From Nitrospirota bacterium (GTDB lineage: Bacteria > Nitrospirota > Thermodesulfovibrionia > Thermodesulfovibrionales > JdFR-86), in contig CAVRJY010000002.1 in NCBI GenBank assembly GCA_963721805.1, positions 591,837 to 655,836 of the forward strand: a DNA stretch of 64,000 nt, read 5' to 3'. Position 1 is the first letter of the stretch. Each line of letters starts with the position of its first letter. A program made the position numbers and the translations under genes. Shown piece by piece: positions 19,401 through 28,845 of the stretch. The notes under the pieces were generated by a model. The model was given only the letters and a program-made list of their open reading frames with translations. It was not told the DNA's origin and searched no databases.

Positions 19401-20456
19401 GGCGTCTCGGGCAAGGTCGGCGGGGGCGACGTGAGCATCGGCGGCTATGTCGGCATCAAGGGCATCGCGATAGAACAGGCGTATATCAACATGAAGGTCT
19501 CTCAGGTGACCGCGCTCGTCGCAAAGGGGTTCGTAGTGACGTTTGACGGCAACGTGCTCTATCGCGACACCGGGGGGGGCGACAGGGACATCACTGGCGA
19601 CATCGTGATATCGCGCGCCAGATACACCGAGCGGCTCGAATGGAAGAGCTGGCTCATCGCGGCCCGCAAGCTGGAATCCCCCGAGATCGAGAAGACCTGG
19701 GCCGACCAGATAAAGCTGAACCTGCGCGTCTTCGGCGACAGGACGATCACGGTCGAAAACAACATCGTGCGCACCGCGCTTAAGATGGACATCAGGTTTC
19801 TGGGCACGATAGGCGAGCCGCTCCTGTTCGGGAGGATCGAGGCCAATGACGGGAAGGTCTACTTCCGCAACAGCGAGTTTCAGATCAACAACATCACGGC
19901 CGATTACTCCAACACCCGCGGCGCGGACCCTTACATCACCGTGCTGGCCGAGACCCTCGTCAAGGGCTACCGCGTCAAGCTAAACCTCGAAGGCAGGCTC
20001 GACAAGTTCGACCTCATACTGGCCTCGGACCCGCCGCTGGACGAGGTCCAGATACTGAGCCTCCTGACGCTCGGCAGGTTCGGCGACAACCTGCGCGGGC
20101 TCGAAGGCGGCATCGGCGCCGCCGAGGCCACGTCTTTCGTCACCGGCCACCTCCAGGATACGGTCGAGGAAAAGCTCAAGGACATAACCGGAATAGACCG
20201 CGTCGACGTCGAGCCTTACGTCGCCGGCACCACGCAATCGCCCAGCTCGGCCTCGACCGTGACGCCGCGCGTCACGGTATCGAAGGAGCTCGTAAACAAC
20301 AAGCTCTTCGTGACGTACGCGGCCCCGATAGGGGCGGCCCAGGAGCAGTCGCTCCTGCTTGAGTACATGATCAACAACAGCGTCTCAGTGCAGGGCGGCC
20401 GCGACGAGCTCGGATCGGCCGGCGGGGACTTGAAGTTCAGGTTCAAGTTCAAGTGA
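16461..20456 (+). CDS. tamB: TamB/AsmA-like (DUF490) translocation and assembly module protein
   Basis: N-terminal TM anchor, long beta-taco-like body, C-terminal DUF490-like SDPPL..QILSLL and DLKFRFKFK; overlaps an Omp85 gene. Confidence 0.85.
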   Translation: MESEDNRVPGRRFPVLKLTALFVAIALLGGLTLFLRGPYVSNFLKMTILSEVSSATGQQVIASKLYMNLYPLSVEARGVKGFALDGTRLFSAERVKAYIGLSDILQRKLRFTRIVLVRPELQADDARLVEVSDNVKTYKKGKRGLVSISADTINILHGSASIHQLKTNTIQSASEINAEIVLRKQPEARFSVGHLDALFGGQRRIQASAKGYAVFDGGQVVLKEFEIESNKARLSATGTYQKGDKGVFEVKASVPVSSLRDLFALTRPTDGSIELAGSVRLDGDRFNPTLDMKVKGSIYLETFMEFFGPQKEEPIKGYAAFDGTIKGPLKALKGDGRARLLKGGGGFYGVNVQSAECRVTYTPQRLSFLDGKVSLYNGRADADVWLQMPHIDTFGMKIKYEDVDSRPIFGLIGLDGIGLPGGKVRGELASDSREFDPSGWVIYNATESGANAVERVRSLDGRYSVAGQTVTISSADVRTARSHAAFDGTFMLDTKALNFRTRLQSEDISELTAPFYNGVRGGATYAGTLTGTSDDPHFKAHIESADLSVGAYRVGGASVDAEYGKHLLVISHAEAGDGQRRYDGSGKISFPGAKEILQIDDGVYDLTVGLHRADLRGLAALFGVRTTSFGGNLDTTLTVHGRGAYPEVSGQLGVSDGDILGRAVPTASAALYYDRRSLRVENGLLGREGAMVVFSGSIDSADRLEFKASSAAIPAKFLFLTPEPVEQKISFNATGGGTLKEPEMKVAARLDNGELAGMQMPGGEAELTVRGGEAAFSASLNNGSLKVNGKASLTADLPWSAEVSSTNGRYDFLSGLFMKDIPEDLMISLGGTAELKGTRDSIGGRVLIKDVNVSMYGQSFGNAGDIAIALDGDRLDFSSFKLRAGALTLTVSGGTRIGKDYDLTLEGRSQLAPFKPLIPKIEDLRGTGEFSIRVKGPWREPSLNGRLTLNDATLALKGLNQRLTSLNGACLFDGSRIVFQGVSGKVGGGDVSIGGYVGIKGIAIEQAYINMKVSQVTALVAKGFVVTFDGNVLYRDTGGGDRDITGDIVISRARYTERLEWKSWLIAARKLESPEIEKTWADQIKLNLRVFGDRTITVENNIVRTALKMDIRFLGTIGEPLLFGRIEANDGKVYFRNSEFQINNITADYSNTRGADPYITVLAETLVKGYRVKLNLEGRLDKFDLILASDPPLDEVQILSLLTLGRFGDNLRGLEGGIGAAEATSFVTGHLQDTVEEKLKDITGIDRVDVEPYVAGTTQSPSSASTVTPRVTVSKELVNNKLFVTYAAPIGAAQEQSLLLEYMINNSVSVQGGRDELGSAGGDLKFRFKFK

Positions 20457-23128
20457 GAATTCATGTCGGTCACTTAATGGCGGCTCTCCTTATATGCCTG
20501 TTTTTGTGCGGCACGGCGTCTGCCTTCATGGTGACGGACGTGCAGATCGAGGGCCTGGGCTCTACGAGCAGGACCGAGATCCTCGACCTGCTGGGGATCA
20601 AAAAGGGCGCGGAGACCGACGACGGGAAGATCTCGGAGGGCATTAAACGCGCCTTCCTGAAGGGGGCCTTTGATGACATCACGGTCGAGGCCCCGGACGA
20701 GGCGCCCGGGAAACTGATCATAAAGGTCAGGGAGAAGGACGTAATAGACTCCATCAAGGTGACCGGCAACCGCAAGGTGAAGGACTCCTTCGTACTGAAG
20801 GCGCTGGGCTATAAGGAAGATGACTACCTGCAGTACGAGGACCTCGAAAAAAAGCGCGCGGCGCTGGTCGCGGCCCTCGCATACGGCGGGTACCCTTCGG
20901 CTGATGCGCAAATCAAGGTCGAGAGGCTCAGGAAGCCCTACAGGGTCAGGCTTGTGGTCTTGGTCTCGGAGGGCAAGCCGCTCATGATAAAGTCCATCGA
21001 GTTTCCGGGCCTCCCCAAGACAATAGCCAGGCCGTCCCTGGGGGTCTCGGCCGGCGATGTCTATGACCGGTATGCGCTCGATGCCGGCATCGTGAAGCTG
21101 AAGGCGAAGTACAAGGACGACGGGTATCTGAAACCCGCGGTCGGCCCATACGAGTTCTCGGAGGGTGTGCTGCGCGTCAATGACGATCCGGGACCCAAGC
21201 TTAAGATAGCGCTCAACGGCAACAGCGTGCTGAGCAACAAAGACATCCTGGCGAAGCTGCCGTTTTTCGATGTCGGGGAGATCAACGACGGCCTGATCGC
21301 GGAGGGCGTCGACAACATCATGGACCTCTACCGCGAGAAGGGGTATGTAAAGGCCCAGGTGGCCCCGGTCCTCGACAGGGCCGACGGGCTGATAACGTTT
21401 CACATGTTTATCCACGAGGGCGGCAAGGTCACGGTCAAGTCGATAGAGTTTCAGGGCAACTCGCTGCCTGCGGCGAAGCTTATGCAGATCATGACCCTCC
21501 AGAGCGGCGGCCCATACGACCCCGCTGCGCTAAAGAGCTCCATACAGGCCCTCATCGAGTTTTACCGCTCGCTCGGTTACGTCGCGGCAGCGGTCGCGGA
21601 GCCCTCTGTCACTATCGTTAACGATTCCGCCGCCAGCATCCTGATCAAGATAACCGAGGGCGGAAAGTACGTGATCAGCCGCGTGGAGGTCGAGGGGGCC
21701 ACGAGCATCCCCGTGGCCGATGTTCGCAAGCAGATCGGCATAAAGGACGGGGCTCAGTATAACGAGGTGGATATCGCCGACGCCAGAAGGCGGGTCATCT
21801 CGCTCTATAGGGGCAAGGGGTTCGTCAACTGCTCGATAGACGTCACGCGCAGCGCCGAGACGGACCTTTCGTACCTGATCACGTTCAAGGTCAAGGAGGG
21901 TGAGCGGTTCACGTTCGGGCATACGATAGTGTCGGGCAACCGCACCGTGCGCTACAGGGTCATCGAGCGTGAGCTGACGTACGCCGAGGGCGAGACCTTC
22001 AATCCCGACAGCATAACCGCGACCCGAAGGGCGCTGTATAAGCTCGGGCTGTTCTCCGACCTGCAGTTCACGACCGAGCCCGCCGGCGACCACAGGATGG
22101 ACGTCCTCATAAACGCGGTCGAGGACGAGGCCGGCTCGGTCGAGGTCAGCGTCGGGTACGGCGAGTATGAAAGATACCGCGGCGCCGTGGACATAAGCTA
22201 CCGCAACCTCTTCGGGATGAACCGCACCCTCTCGTTTATCGCGTATGCCGATACCCTGTCCAACAAATATACGCTCAAGTATTACGAGCCCTGGGTGTTT
22301 GACCATAAGCTCCCGCTGACGGCGTCCGTCTCGACCGAGAAGACGACGTTCAAGAACATCGATACCGGCAGGACCAATTACAAGCTCGACCGCCAGATAG
22401 CGGAACTCAGCACCGAGCGCAGCCTGAGCGAGCACCTGAAGTGGAGCCTCGCATACGACTTCACGTTAGTCAAGACATACGACGTGCAGAAGGACATCAT
22501 CCTTACCAGGGACGACACCGGCACGGTCGCGATCAGCGGCTTTACCCCCGCGCTGACCTTCGACACCCGCGACAACCCGTTTAACCCCAAAAGCGGAGTC
22601 TTCGCGGGGCTGTCGCTTAAGGGGACGAGTTCCGCGTTCCTGTCGCAGGCCGATTTCGTCAAGACGATCGCTCACCTAAACGCATACCAGTCGCTCGCCA
22701 GGTGGCTGGTGCTCGCCGGTTCGGTGCGCGGCGGGATAGCCGAGAGCTTCGACAAATCAAAGGCGCTGCCCCTGGTCGAGCGGTTTTTCCTTGGCGGCAG
22801 GGACACCGTGCGCGGCTATGCGCAGGACACGCTCGGCCCCAGGGGAAAAAACGGCGACCCCACAGGCGGGGACGCGTACGTCTGCGGCAACCTCGAGCTT
22901 CGGTGGCTGGTCTACGGCAACTGGAGCATAACGACCTTCGTCGATGCAGGCAACGTCTGGGTCCAGAGCGGCGGCACCAACCCCTGGGACCTCAGATACA
23001 CCACGGGCGGGGGCATAGAGTATGGGACTCCGGTCGGGCCGCTGCGCGTGGAGTACGGCTACAAACTCAACAAGCGGCCCGGCGAGAGCCCGGGCGAGCT
23101 GCACTTCAGCATAGGGTACGCTTTTTAG
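20453..23128 (+). CDS. Omp85-family outer membrane protein (BamA/TamA-like, about 7 POTRA)
   Basis: Signal peptide, repeated POTRA units, barrel motifs ERFFLGGRDTVRGY and TPVGPLR, terminal FSIGYAF. Confidence 0.9.
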   Translation: MRIHVGHLMAALLICLFLCGTASAFMVTDVQIEGLGSTSRTEILDLLGIKKGAETDDGKISEGIKRAFLKGAFDDITVEAPDEAPGKLIIKVREKDVIDSIKVTGNRKVKDSFVLKALGYKEDDYLQYEDLEKKRAALVAALAYGGYPSADAQIKVERLRKPYRVRLVVLVSEGKPLMIKSIEFPGLPKTIARPSLGVSAGDVYDRYALDAGIVKLKAKYKDDGYLKPAVGPYEFSEGVLRVNDDPGPKLKIALNGNSVLSNKDILAKLPFFDVGEINDGLIAEGVDNIMDLYREKGYVKAQVAPVLDRADGLITFHMFIHEGGKVTVKSIEFQGNSLPAAKLMQIMTLQSGGPYDPAALKSSIQALIEFYRSLGYVAAAVAEPSVTIVNDSAASILIKITEGGKYVISRVEVEGATSIPVADVRKQIGIKDGAQYNEVDIADARRRVISLYRGKGFVNCSIDVTRSAETDLSYLITFKVKEGERFTFGHTIVSGNRTVRYRVIERELTYAEGETFNPDSITATRRALYKLGLFSDLQFTTEPAGDHRMDVLINAVEDEAGSVEVSVGYGEYERYRGAVDISYRNLFGMNRTLSFIAYADTLSNKYTLKYYEPWVFDHKLPLTASVSTEKTTFKNIDTGRTNYKLDRQIAELSTERSLSEHLKWSLAYDFTLVKTYDVQKDIILTRDDTGTVAISGFTPALTFDTRDNPFNPKSGVFAGLSLKGTSSAFLSQADFVKTIAHLNAYQSLARWLVLAGSVRGGIAESFDKSKALPLVERFFLGGRDTVRGYAQDTLGPRGKNGDPTGGDAYVCGNLELRWLVYGNWSITTFVDAGNVWVQSGGTNPWDLRYTTGGGIEYGTPVGPLRVEYGYKLNKRPGESPGELHFSIGYAF

Positions 23129-23129
23129 A

Positions 23130-23609
23130 TCACTGGACCAAAACGCGTATGCTCGATGAGGCGCGCAGTTGTTTTATCAGCTCCAGGAGCCTCCGGTTGA
23201 ACTCCTCCTCCATCATGGTCCGCTCGATTGCGTCCCGTGCGTCTTCATAACTCTTGCCGGCGAATTCATCGGGGTGCGCGTCATAGTATCCCCTCATTTT
23301 GTCTTCGGGTATCAGGATCGCAGAGCGGACCTTGATGTTCAGGAACTCCGTGACGGCCGTTTCATCGTCGTTGTAATCGATGTGGGCCCGCCGGGCCTCG
23401 CGGACCAGCAGGTAGCGGTCGATGATCGAATTGAGCACGGCCGCGCGAGTGACGGTCCGGTCCGCGGCTGCGGCCTTCGCGTATGCCCCGTCGAGGTCCC
23501 TCTCCGTGATCGCGTAGTCGTCGACGAACGCCGCGACGCGGTCGATCACGCGCGCCTCGCACACCGACGCGAGGGCCAGTATAATCGTGAACATAACAGC
23601 GGCGCGCAT
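23130..23609 (-). CDS. SurA N-terminal domain-like periplasmic chaperone
   Basis: Signal peptide; IDRVAAFVDDYAIT, YYDAHPDEF and LRASSSI segments. Confidence 0.75.
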   Translation of the reverse strand: MRAAVMFTIILALASVCEARVIDRVAAFVDDYAITERDLDGAYAKAAAADRTVTRAAVLNSIIDRYLLVREARRAHIDYNDDETAVTEFLNIKVRSAILIPEDKMRGYYDAHPDEFAGKSYEDARDAIERTMMEEEFNRRLLELIKQLRASSSIRVLVQ

Positions 23610-23664
23610 GCTTAAAGATACCACAAAATTGCGCTTCCTGAGGCAGGCCTCGTATAATCATCTG

Positions 23665-24691
23665 ATGAGCAGTAAAGACCTGAAAGCGCTCACGGAGGGC
23701 GAGGCCGCTGAGCTTCTTGCGGCCCTCGGCCAACCACGATACAGGGCCGGGCAGCTCATGGCGTGGATATACGGCCGTGGGGCGCGGGAGCATCGCGGAG
23801 ATCACCGTATTTTCGAAGGCCCTCAGGGCCGAACTCGAAGAAATTGCGTATATCAGCAACTTGAAGTGCCTGGAGCGGCAGGTCTCGAGCGACGGCACAG
23901 AGAAATACCTCTTCGGGCTGCAAGACGGCCTCACGATCGAAAGCGTGCTGATCCCGGACGAGGAGCGGCTTACGCTCTGCATATCGAGCCAGGCCGGCTG
24001 CGCGATGGGTTGCCGGTTCTGCCTCACAGGGCGAGGCGGCCTCAGGCGCAACCTCCTGCCGCACGAGATCGCGGACCAGGTGATCTCGGCCTCGAGGATG
24101 ATCGCCCCCCGGAAGCTGACGAACATCGTGATGATGGGCATGGGCGAGCCTCTTAAAAATCTCGACAACGTGGCCGCGGCCCTGAGGCGGATTACCGGGC
24201 TGCTCGGGTTCTCGCCGCGCAGGATAACGCTCTCGACCTCCGGGCTCGCGAAGGAACTCCTGGTGCTGCCTGAGGTCGCGCCCAACGTGAATATCGCGAT
24301 CTCGCTAAACGCCGCTACGGACGAGGTGCGCGACCGCATCATGCCGGTCAACCGCAAATACCCGATCCGCGAACTACTGAGTGCCTGCCGGAAGTATCCT
24401 CTGGGAGACCGGAGGCGCATAACATTCGAGTACGTCATGCTCCGGGGCGTCAACGACTCGCTCGAGGACGCGCGAACGCTGGCCGGGCTCCTTAAGGGCA
24501 TCCCCTCGAAGATAAACCTCATACCGTTTAACGAGTTTCCGGGCTCGGGTTTCCAGCGGCCCGAGGACGCGGCAGTGCTTGCGTTTCAAGCGGTACTCGC
24601 CTCGCGGGGCCATATAGTGCTGATCCGAAAGAGCAAGGGCACGGACATACTGGCGGCCTGCGGCCAGCTCGGCGCCAAGCACAAGGGGTAG
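23665..24691 (+). pseudogene. rlmN: RlmN 23S rRNA/tRNA m2A methyltransferase, split by a +1 frameshift near 23786-23788
   Basis: N-terminus MSSKDL...YRAGQLMAWIY is in one frame; SSDGTEK, CISSQAGCAMGCRFC, MGMGEP and AACGQL are in the next. May be a sequencing error. Confidence 0.9.
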
Positions 24692-24734
24692 GGTGCTTGC
24701 CCTCGGCGGGCATTTTTGTATATAATGCGAAGCT

Positions 24735-25478
24735 ATGAGAAAACCCTTTATAGCCGCCAACTGGAAGATGAACAAGACTATCGCCGAGGCCGCGGAGTTT
24801 TTCGCCGCGTTCGTGCCCGCCGTCAGGGGAGTCTCTGACGTCGATATCCTGATCGCCCCGCCGTTTACGGCCATCGCGGTCGCGGACAGCGCGCTGAAGG
24901 ACACGAACATATTGCTCTCGGCGCAGGACGTGTTCTATGAGGAGAAGGGAGCATACACCGGTGAGGTCGCGCCGGGCATGCTCACCGACGCCGGCTGCTC
25001 TCACGTCATAATCGGACATTCCGAGCGCCGCCAGTTCTTCGGCGACACGGACGAGGTCGTGAACAAGAAGGTCCGCTCCGCGCTCAAGGCCGGGCTAAAG
25101 GTCATCTTGTGTATCGGCGAGTCGCTCGCCGAGCGACAGTCCAACAACACAAACTCGGTGCTCAAGCGCCAGCTCAATGCAGGGCTTGCCGGTATCGGGA
25201 TAGATGAGATAGTAGTAGCCTACGAGCCGATCTGGGCCATAGGCACCGGCGTGACCGCCAGCCCCGAGCAGGCCCAGGAGGCCCACGCATTCGTGCGCGG
25301 CGAGCTCCGGGCGATGTACCAGGGCAAGGCCGACGCGGTCCGCATATTATACGGCGGGAGCGTTACGCCGGATAACGTTAAGATACTCATGGCGTGCCCG
25401 GACGTGGACGGCGCGCTGGTCGGCGGGGCGAGCCTCAAGCCCGACAGCTTCACGAAACTCGTAAGGTTTAAGGAGTAA
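24735..25478 (+). CDS. tpiA: Triosephosphate isomerase
   Basis: ANWKMN, IGHSERR, AYEPIWAIGTG and YGGSV motifs. Confidence 0.98.
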   Translation: MRKPFIAANWKMNKTIAEAAEFFAAFVPAVRGVSDVDILIAPPFTAIAVADSALKDTNILLSAQDVFYEEKGAYTGEVAPGMLTDAGCSHVIIGHSERRQFFGDTDEVVNKKVRSALKAGLKVILCIGESLAERQSNNTNSVLKRQLNAGLAGIGIDEIVVAYEPIWAIGTGVTASPEQAQEAHAFVRGELRAMYQGKADAVRILYGGSVTPDNVKILMACPDVDGALVGGASLKPDSFTKLVRFKE

Positions 25479-25486
25479 AACTTAGA

Positions 25487-25954
25487 ATGATGACACTCTT
25501 GGTTATACTGCATGTGCTGATCTCGGTCTTCCTGATCTTCGTCGTCCTGATACAGGGCGGCAAGGGCGCCGAGATGGGCGCGGCCTTCGGCGGGGCGAGC
25601 CAGACCGTATTCGGCTCCCGCGGCGCCGCGACGTTCCTAAACAAGCTGACGACATACGTGGCAGTCGCGTTTATGGCCACCTCTTTGATACTCGCGATAT
25701 CCTCCAGCCGGGCCACCTCGATCATAAAGGGCGGATCCGGCGGCGGAGCGCCGATGAGCGCCCCTGCCGGAATGCCTGCGATGCCGGCAGCGCCCGGAGC
25801 GCCCGCGACATTGCCCTCTGGCATGCCCCTGCCCGGCTCGACTCAGGGCGGCGCACAGGCCCCGGCAGCCCCGCAGGGCACCGCGCCGGCTAAGGCCGCG
25901 CCAGCAGCCCCGACGGCCCCGGCCGCCCAGCAGCAGCCAACAACAAAAAAGTAG
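25487..25954 (+). CDS. secG: Preprotein translocase subunit SecG with long Pro/Ala-rich tail
   Basis: VLIQGGKGAEMGAAFGG and FLNKLT; follows tpiA. Confidence 0.93.
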   Translation: MMTLLVILHVLISVFLIFVVLIQGGKGAEMGAAFGGASQTVFGSRGAATFLNKLTTYVAVAFMATSLILAISSSRATSIIKGGSGGGAPMSAPAGMPAMPAAPGAPATLPSGMPLPGSTQGGAQAPAAPQGTAPAKAAPAAPTAPAAQQQPTTKK

Positions 25955-25961
25955 GTCACTG

Positions 25962-27587
25962 ATGCACTCAACGCCCCGGGGGTTTATACGGCTCCTCGGG
26001 GCGGTGCTTTTTTCATCGGTATTAATCCTTGCCGCGTCATGCAGCAGGTCCGGCCCCCGCGAACCCCAGATAGCGAGCCCCAACACGCTTACCGACAGCG
26101 CCTCGGCCGACGCCAAGCGCCTGCTGCCGCCTCTAGCCTCCGATTCTGCCTCGGGCGAGATCAGCGGGCTGATATTCAACGGGCTGGTCAAGTACGACAA
26201 GAACCTCGTCCTCGTAGGCGATCTCGCCGAGTCGTGGGATATAAATAAAGGCGGCCTGGAGATCGTATTTCACCTCCGCAAGGGCGTCAAGTGGCACGAC
26301 GGCGCTGAGTTCACCTCAGACGACGTGGTCTTCACCTACAAGGTCGTGACCGACCCCAAGACCCCCACTCCCTACAGCACTAACTACGGCCCTATCGACA
26401 GGGTCGAGGCCATGGACAGATACACCGTGCGCGCGACGTACAAGGAGAAATTCGCACCGGCGCTCGAGTCCTGGGGCATGGGCATAATGCCCAGGCATAT
26501 CCTCGAGGGCAAGGACGTCGCCGCGGAGGAATTCAACCGCCACCCGATAGGCACCGGCCCGTTTGTGCTCAAGGAATGGCTCACGGGGCAGCGCATCGTG
26601 CTCGACGCGTTCGACCAGTACTTCGAGGGCAGGCCCTCGATAGACCACTACGTGATGCGCGTGCTGCCGGATGCGGCAACGACGCTCCTTGAGCTCAAAA
26701 GCGGAGGCATAGACCTCATGTCCCTCGATCCCTCGCAGTACGCGCGCGAGGCTCAGGGCGAGTTCTACGGCCATTACTTCCGCAAGCTCCGCTACCCGGC
26801 GTTCCAGTACGTCTACATGGGCTATAACCTCAAGGACCCCAAGTTCAGCGACAGGCGCGTCAGGCGCGCGATCACGCACGCGATCAACAAGGCCGACATC
26901 GTAAAGGGCGTGCTGCTGGGCTTGGGGAGGCCGTGCACGGGGCCGTTCCCGCCCGAGAGCTGGGCCTATAACCCAGAGGTGAAAGACCCCGCATATTCGC
27001 CCGAGCGCTCCCGGGCGCTCCTTAAAGAGGCAGGCTGGGAGCCCGGGGCGGACGGGATCATGCAAAAAGGCGGCGTGCCTTTCAGCTTCACCGTGATCAC
27101 CAACCAGGGCAACGAGCCACGGCTCATGTCCGCCGAGATCATCAAGGAGCAGCTGAAGGCCGTTGGCATAGAGATGAACATCAAGGTGCTCGAGTGGCAG
27201 GCCATGCTCCACGAGTTCATCGACAAGCGCCGGTTCGAGGCCGTGATCATGGGCTGGAGCCTCTCGCGCGACCCCGACGCCTACGCCATCTGGCACTCCT
27301 CGCAGACCAAGGAGGGCGAATTCAACTTCGTTTCGTACAATAACCCCGAGGTCGACCGCCTGCTCGTCGAGGGCCGGAGCACGTTTGACCTCGCCGAGCG
27401 CAAGCGCATCTACCGCCGCATCCACGAGCTGATCGCCGAGGACCAGCCCTATACCTTCCTCTACGTCCCCGACGCCCTGCCGATCATCAACAGGCGCTTC
27501 AGGGGGATAGAGCCCGCCCCTATCGGAATTTCATACAATCTTATACAATGGTACGTACCGCCCGACAAGGCGCAGTGGTATCAGTAA
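25962..27587 (+). CDS. Peptide/nickel ABC transporter substrate-binding lipoprotein (family 5)
   Basis: Lipobox AASC; GDLAESW, LRKGVKWHDG, PIGTGPF and RVRRAI motifs. Confidence 0.93.
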   Translation: MHSTPRGFIRLLGAVLFSSVLILAASCSRSGPREPQIASPNTLTDSASADAKRLLPPLASDSASGEISGLIFNGLVKYDKNLVLVGDLAESWDINKGGLEIVFHLRKGVKWHDGAEFTSDDVVFTYKVVTDPKTPTPYSTNYGPIDRVEAMDRYTVRATYKEKFAPALESWGMGIMPRHILEGKDVAAEEFNRHPIGTGPFVLKEWLTGQRIVLDAFDQYFEGRPSIDHYVMRVLPDAATTLLELKSGGIDLMSLDPSQYAREAQGEFYGHYFRKLRYPAFQYVYMGYNLKDPKFSDRRVRRAITHAINKADIVKGVLLGLGRPCTGPFPPESWAYNPEVKDPAYSPERSRALLKEAGWEPGADGIMQKGGVPFSFTVITNQGNEPRLMSAEIIKEQLKAVGIEMNIKVLEWQAMLHEFIDKRRFEAVIMGWSLSRDPDAYAIWHSSQTKEGEFNFVSYNNPEVDRLLVEGRSTFDLAERKRIYRRIHELIAEDQPYTFLYVPDALPIINRRFRGIEPAPIGISYNLIQWYVPPDKAQWYQ

Positions 27588-27612
27588 TCTCCCCATAGAG
27601 GAGGCCGCACAG

Positions 27613-28845
27613 ATGGCTCACCCCAAACTGCTCGCACTCGTACTGGCCGGAGGGAAGGGCGAACGCCTCTTCCCGCTCACCGCGATGCGCTCCAAACCCT
27701 CGGTCCCGTTCGGCGGAAGCTACAGGATAGTGGACTTCGTCCTGAGCAACATCGTGAACTCGCAGGTATATTCCATCTACCTCCTCGTGCAGTACAAGTC
27801 CCAGTCGCTCATCGAGCACCTCAGGCGCAACTGGGTGCTCTCGCCCCTGCTGCGCGACCAGTTCATCACCGTAGTGCCGCCCCAGATGCGCATGGGCACC
27901 GAGTGGTTTCAGGGCACCGCTGACGCGGTGCTCCAGAACGTCAACCTCATAATAGACAACAACCCCGGGCTCGTTTTAGTCTTCGGCTCCGACCACATCT
28001 ACCGCATGGACATCCGCCAGATGGTGGACTTCCATATGAGGACCGAGGCGTCCGTCACCGTGGCGGCCCGCCCGGTGCCTATCGAGCAGGCCTCGGCGTT
28101 CGGCTGCATGCAGACAGACCCCGACCTGCGCATCACGAATTTCCTCGAGAAGCCCAAAAACCCTCCCCCGATGCCCGGCCGGCCTGACCACGCCTTCGTC
28201 TCGATGGGCAATTACATATTCAACACCGAGGTGCTCGTCAAGGCGCTCGCCGACGCACAGCGCAAGAAGCAAAACGACTTCGGCGCGCATATCATCCCTG
28301 ACCTCGTGGGCTCGACCAAAAAGGTCTTCGCATATGACTTCTCGACCAACGTGATCCCCGGCAGCATGCCGCACGAGGAACTCGGGTACTGGCGCGACGT
28401 CGGCACTATCGAGGCCTTCTTCAACGCCAACATGGACATGCTCGGCGAACGCCCGGCCTTTGAGATCAACAACAGCCAGTGGCCGATCCTCACCGGCTCG
28501 GGCCAGTTCTCGCAGCTCAAGATACAGAAGGGCGAGATCACAAACAGCATCCTCGCCCCAGGCGTCTCGGTCAACGGCGCAAAGATCAAAAACTCTATCA
28601 TCCGCAGCGGCGTCTCTATCGGCAAGGGCGCGGTCGTCGAGGACTGCATCATCATGGACGACGTGCACATCAACAGGAACGTCAAACTCAAGCGCATTAT
28701 AATCGACAAGCACAACGTAATCGAAGAGGGGGCCGAGATCGGCCTCAACCCCAAAAACGACCGCTTCCGCTGCCACATGGACCCCTGCGGCATAGGCATC
28801 GTTCCACGGGGCGGAAAGCTGCGCAAGCCCTCGCGCTCCAGATGA
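27613..28845 (+). CDS. glgC: Glucose-1-phosphate adenylyltransferase
   Basis: LAGGKGERL, RSKPSVPFGG, GTADAV, DHIY, FLEKP, SMGNY and YWRDVG motifs. Confidence 0.97.
   Translation: MAHPKLLALVLAGGKGERLFPLTAMRSKPSVPFGGSYRIVDFVLSNIVNSQVYSIYLLVQYKSQSLIEHLRRNWVLSPLLRDQFITVVPPQMRMGTEWFQGTADAVLQNVNLIIDNNPGLVLVFGSDHIYRMDIRQMVDFHMRTEASVTVAARPVPIEQASAFGCMQTDPDLRITNFLEKPKNPPPMPGRPDHAFVSMGNYIFNTEVLVKALADAQRKKQNDFGAHIIPDLVGSTKKVFAYDFSTNVIPGSMPHEELGYWRDVGTIEAFFNANMDMLGERPAFEINNSQWPILTGSGQFSQLKIQKGEITNSILAPGVSVNGAKIKNSIIRSGVSIGKGAVVEDCIIMDDVHINRNVKLKRIIIDKHNVIEEGAEIGLNPKNDRFRCHMDPCGIGIVPRGGKLRKPSRSR

Noticed and set aside
25730..25954. Low-complexity Pro/Ala/Gly repeat region
   Set aside because: It is the disordered C-terminal tail of SecG, a common feature.
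28479..28841. N-terminal extensions of malQ, hydD (40772), hydA (41611), rSAM (10229) and apgM (4872) in the ORF track
   Set aside because: They overlap upstream genes or promoters and look like out-of-frame text; downstream starts with stop/start coupling fit better.
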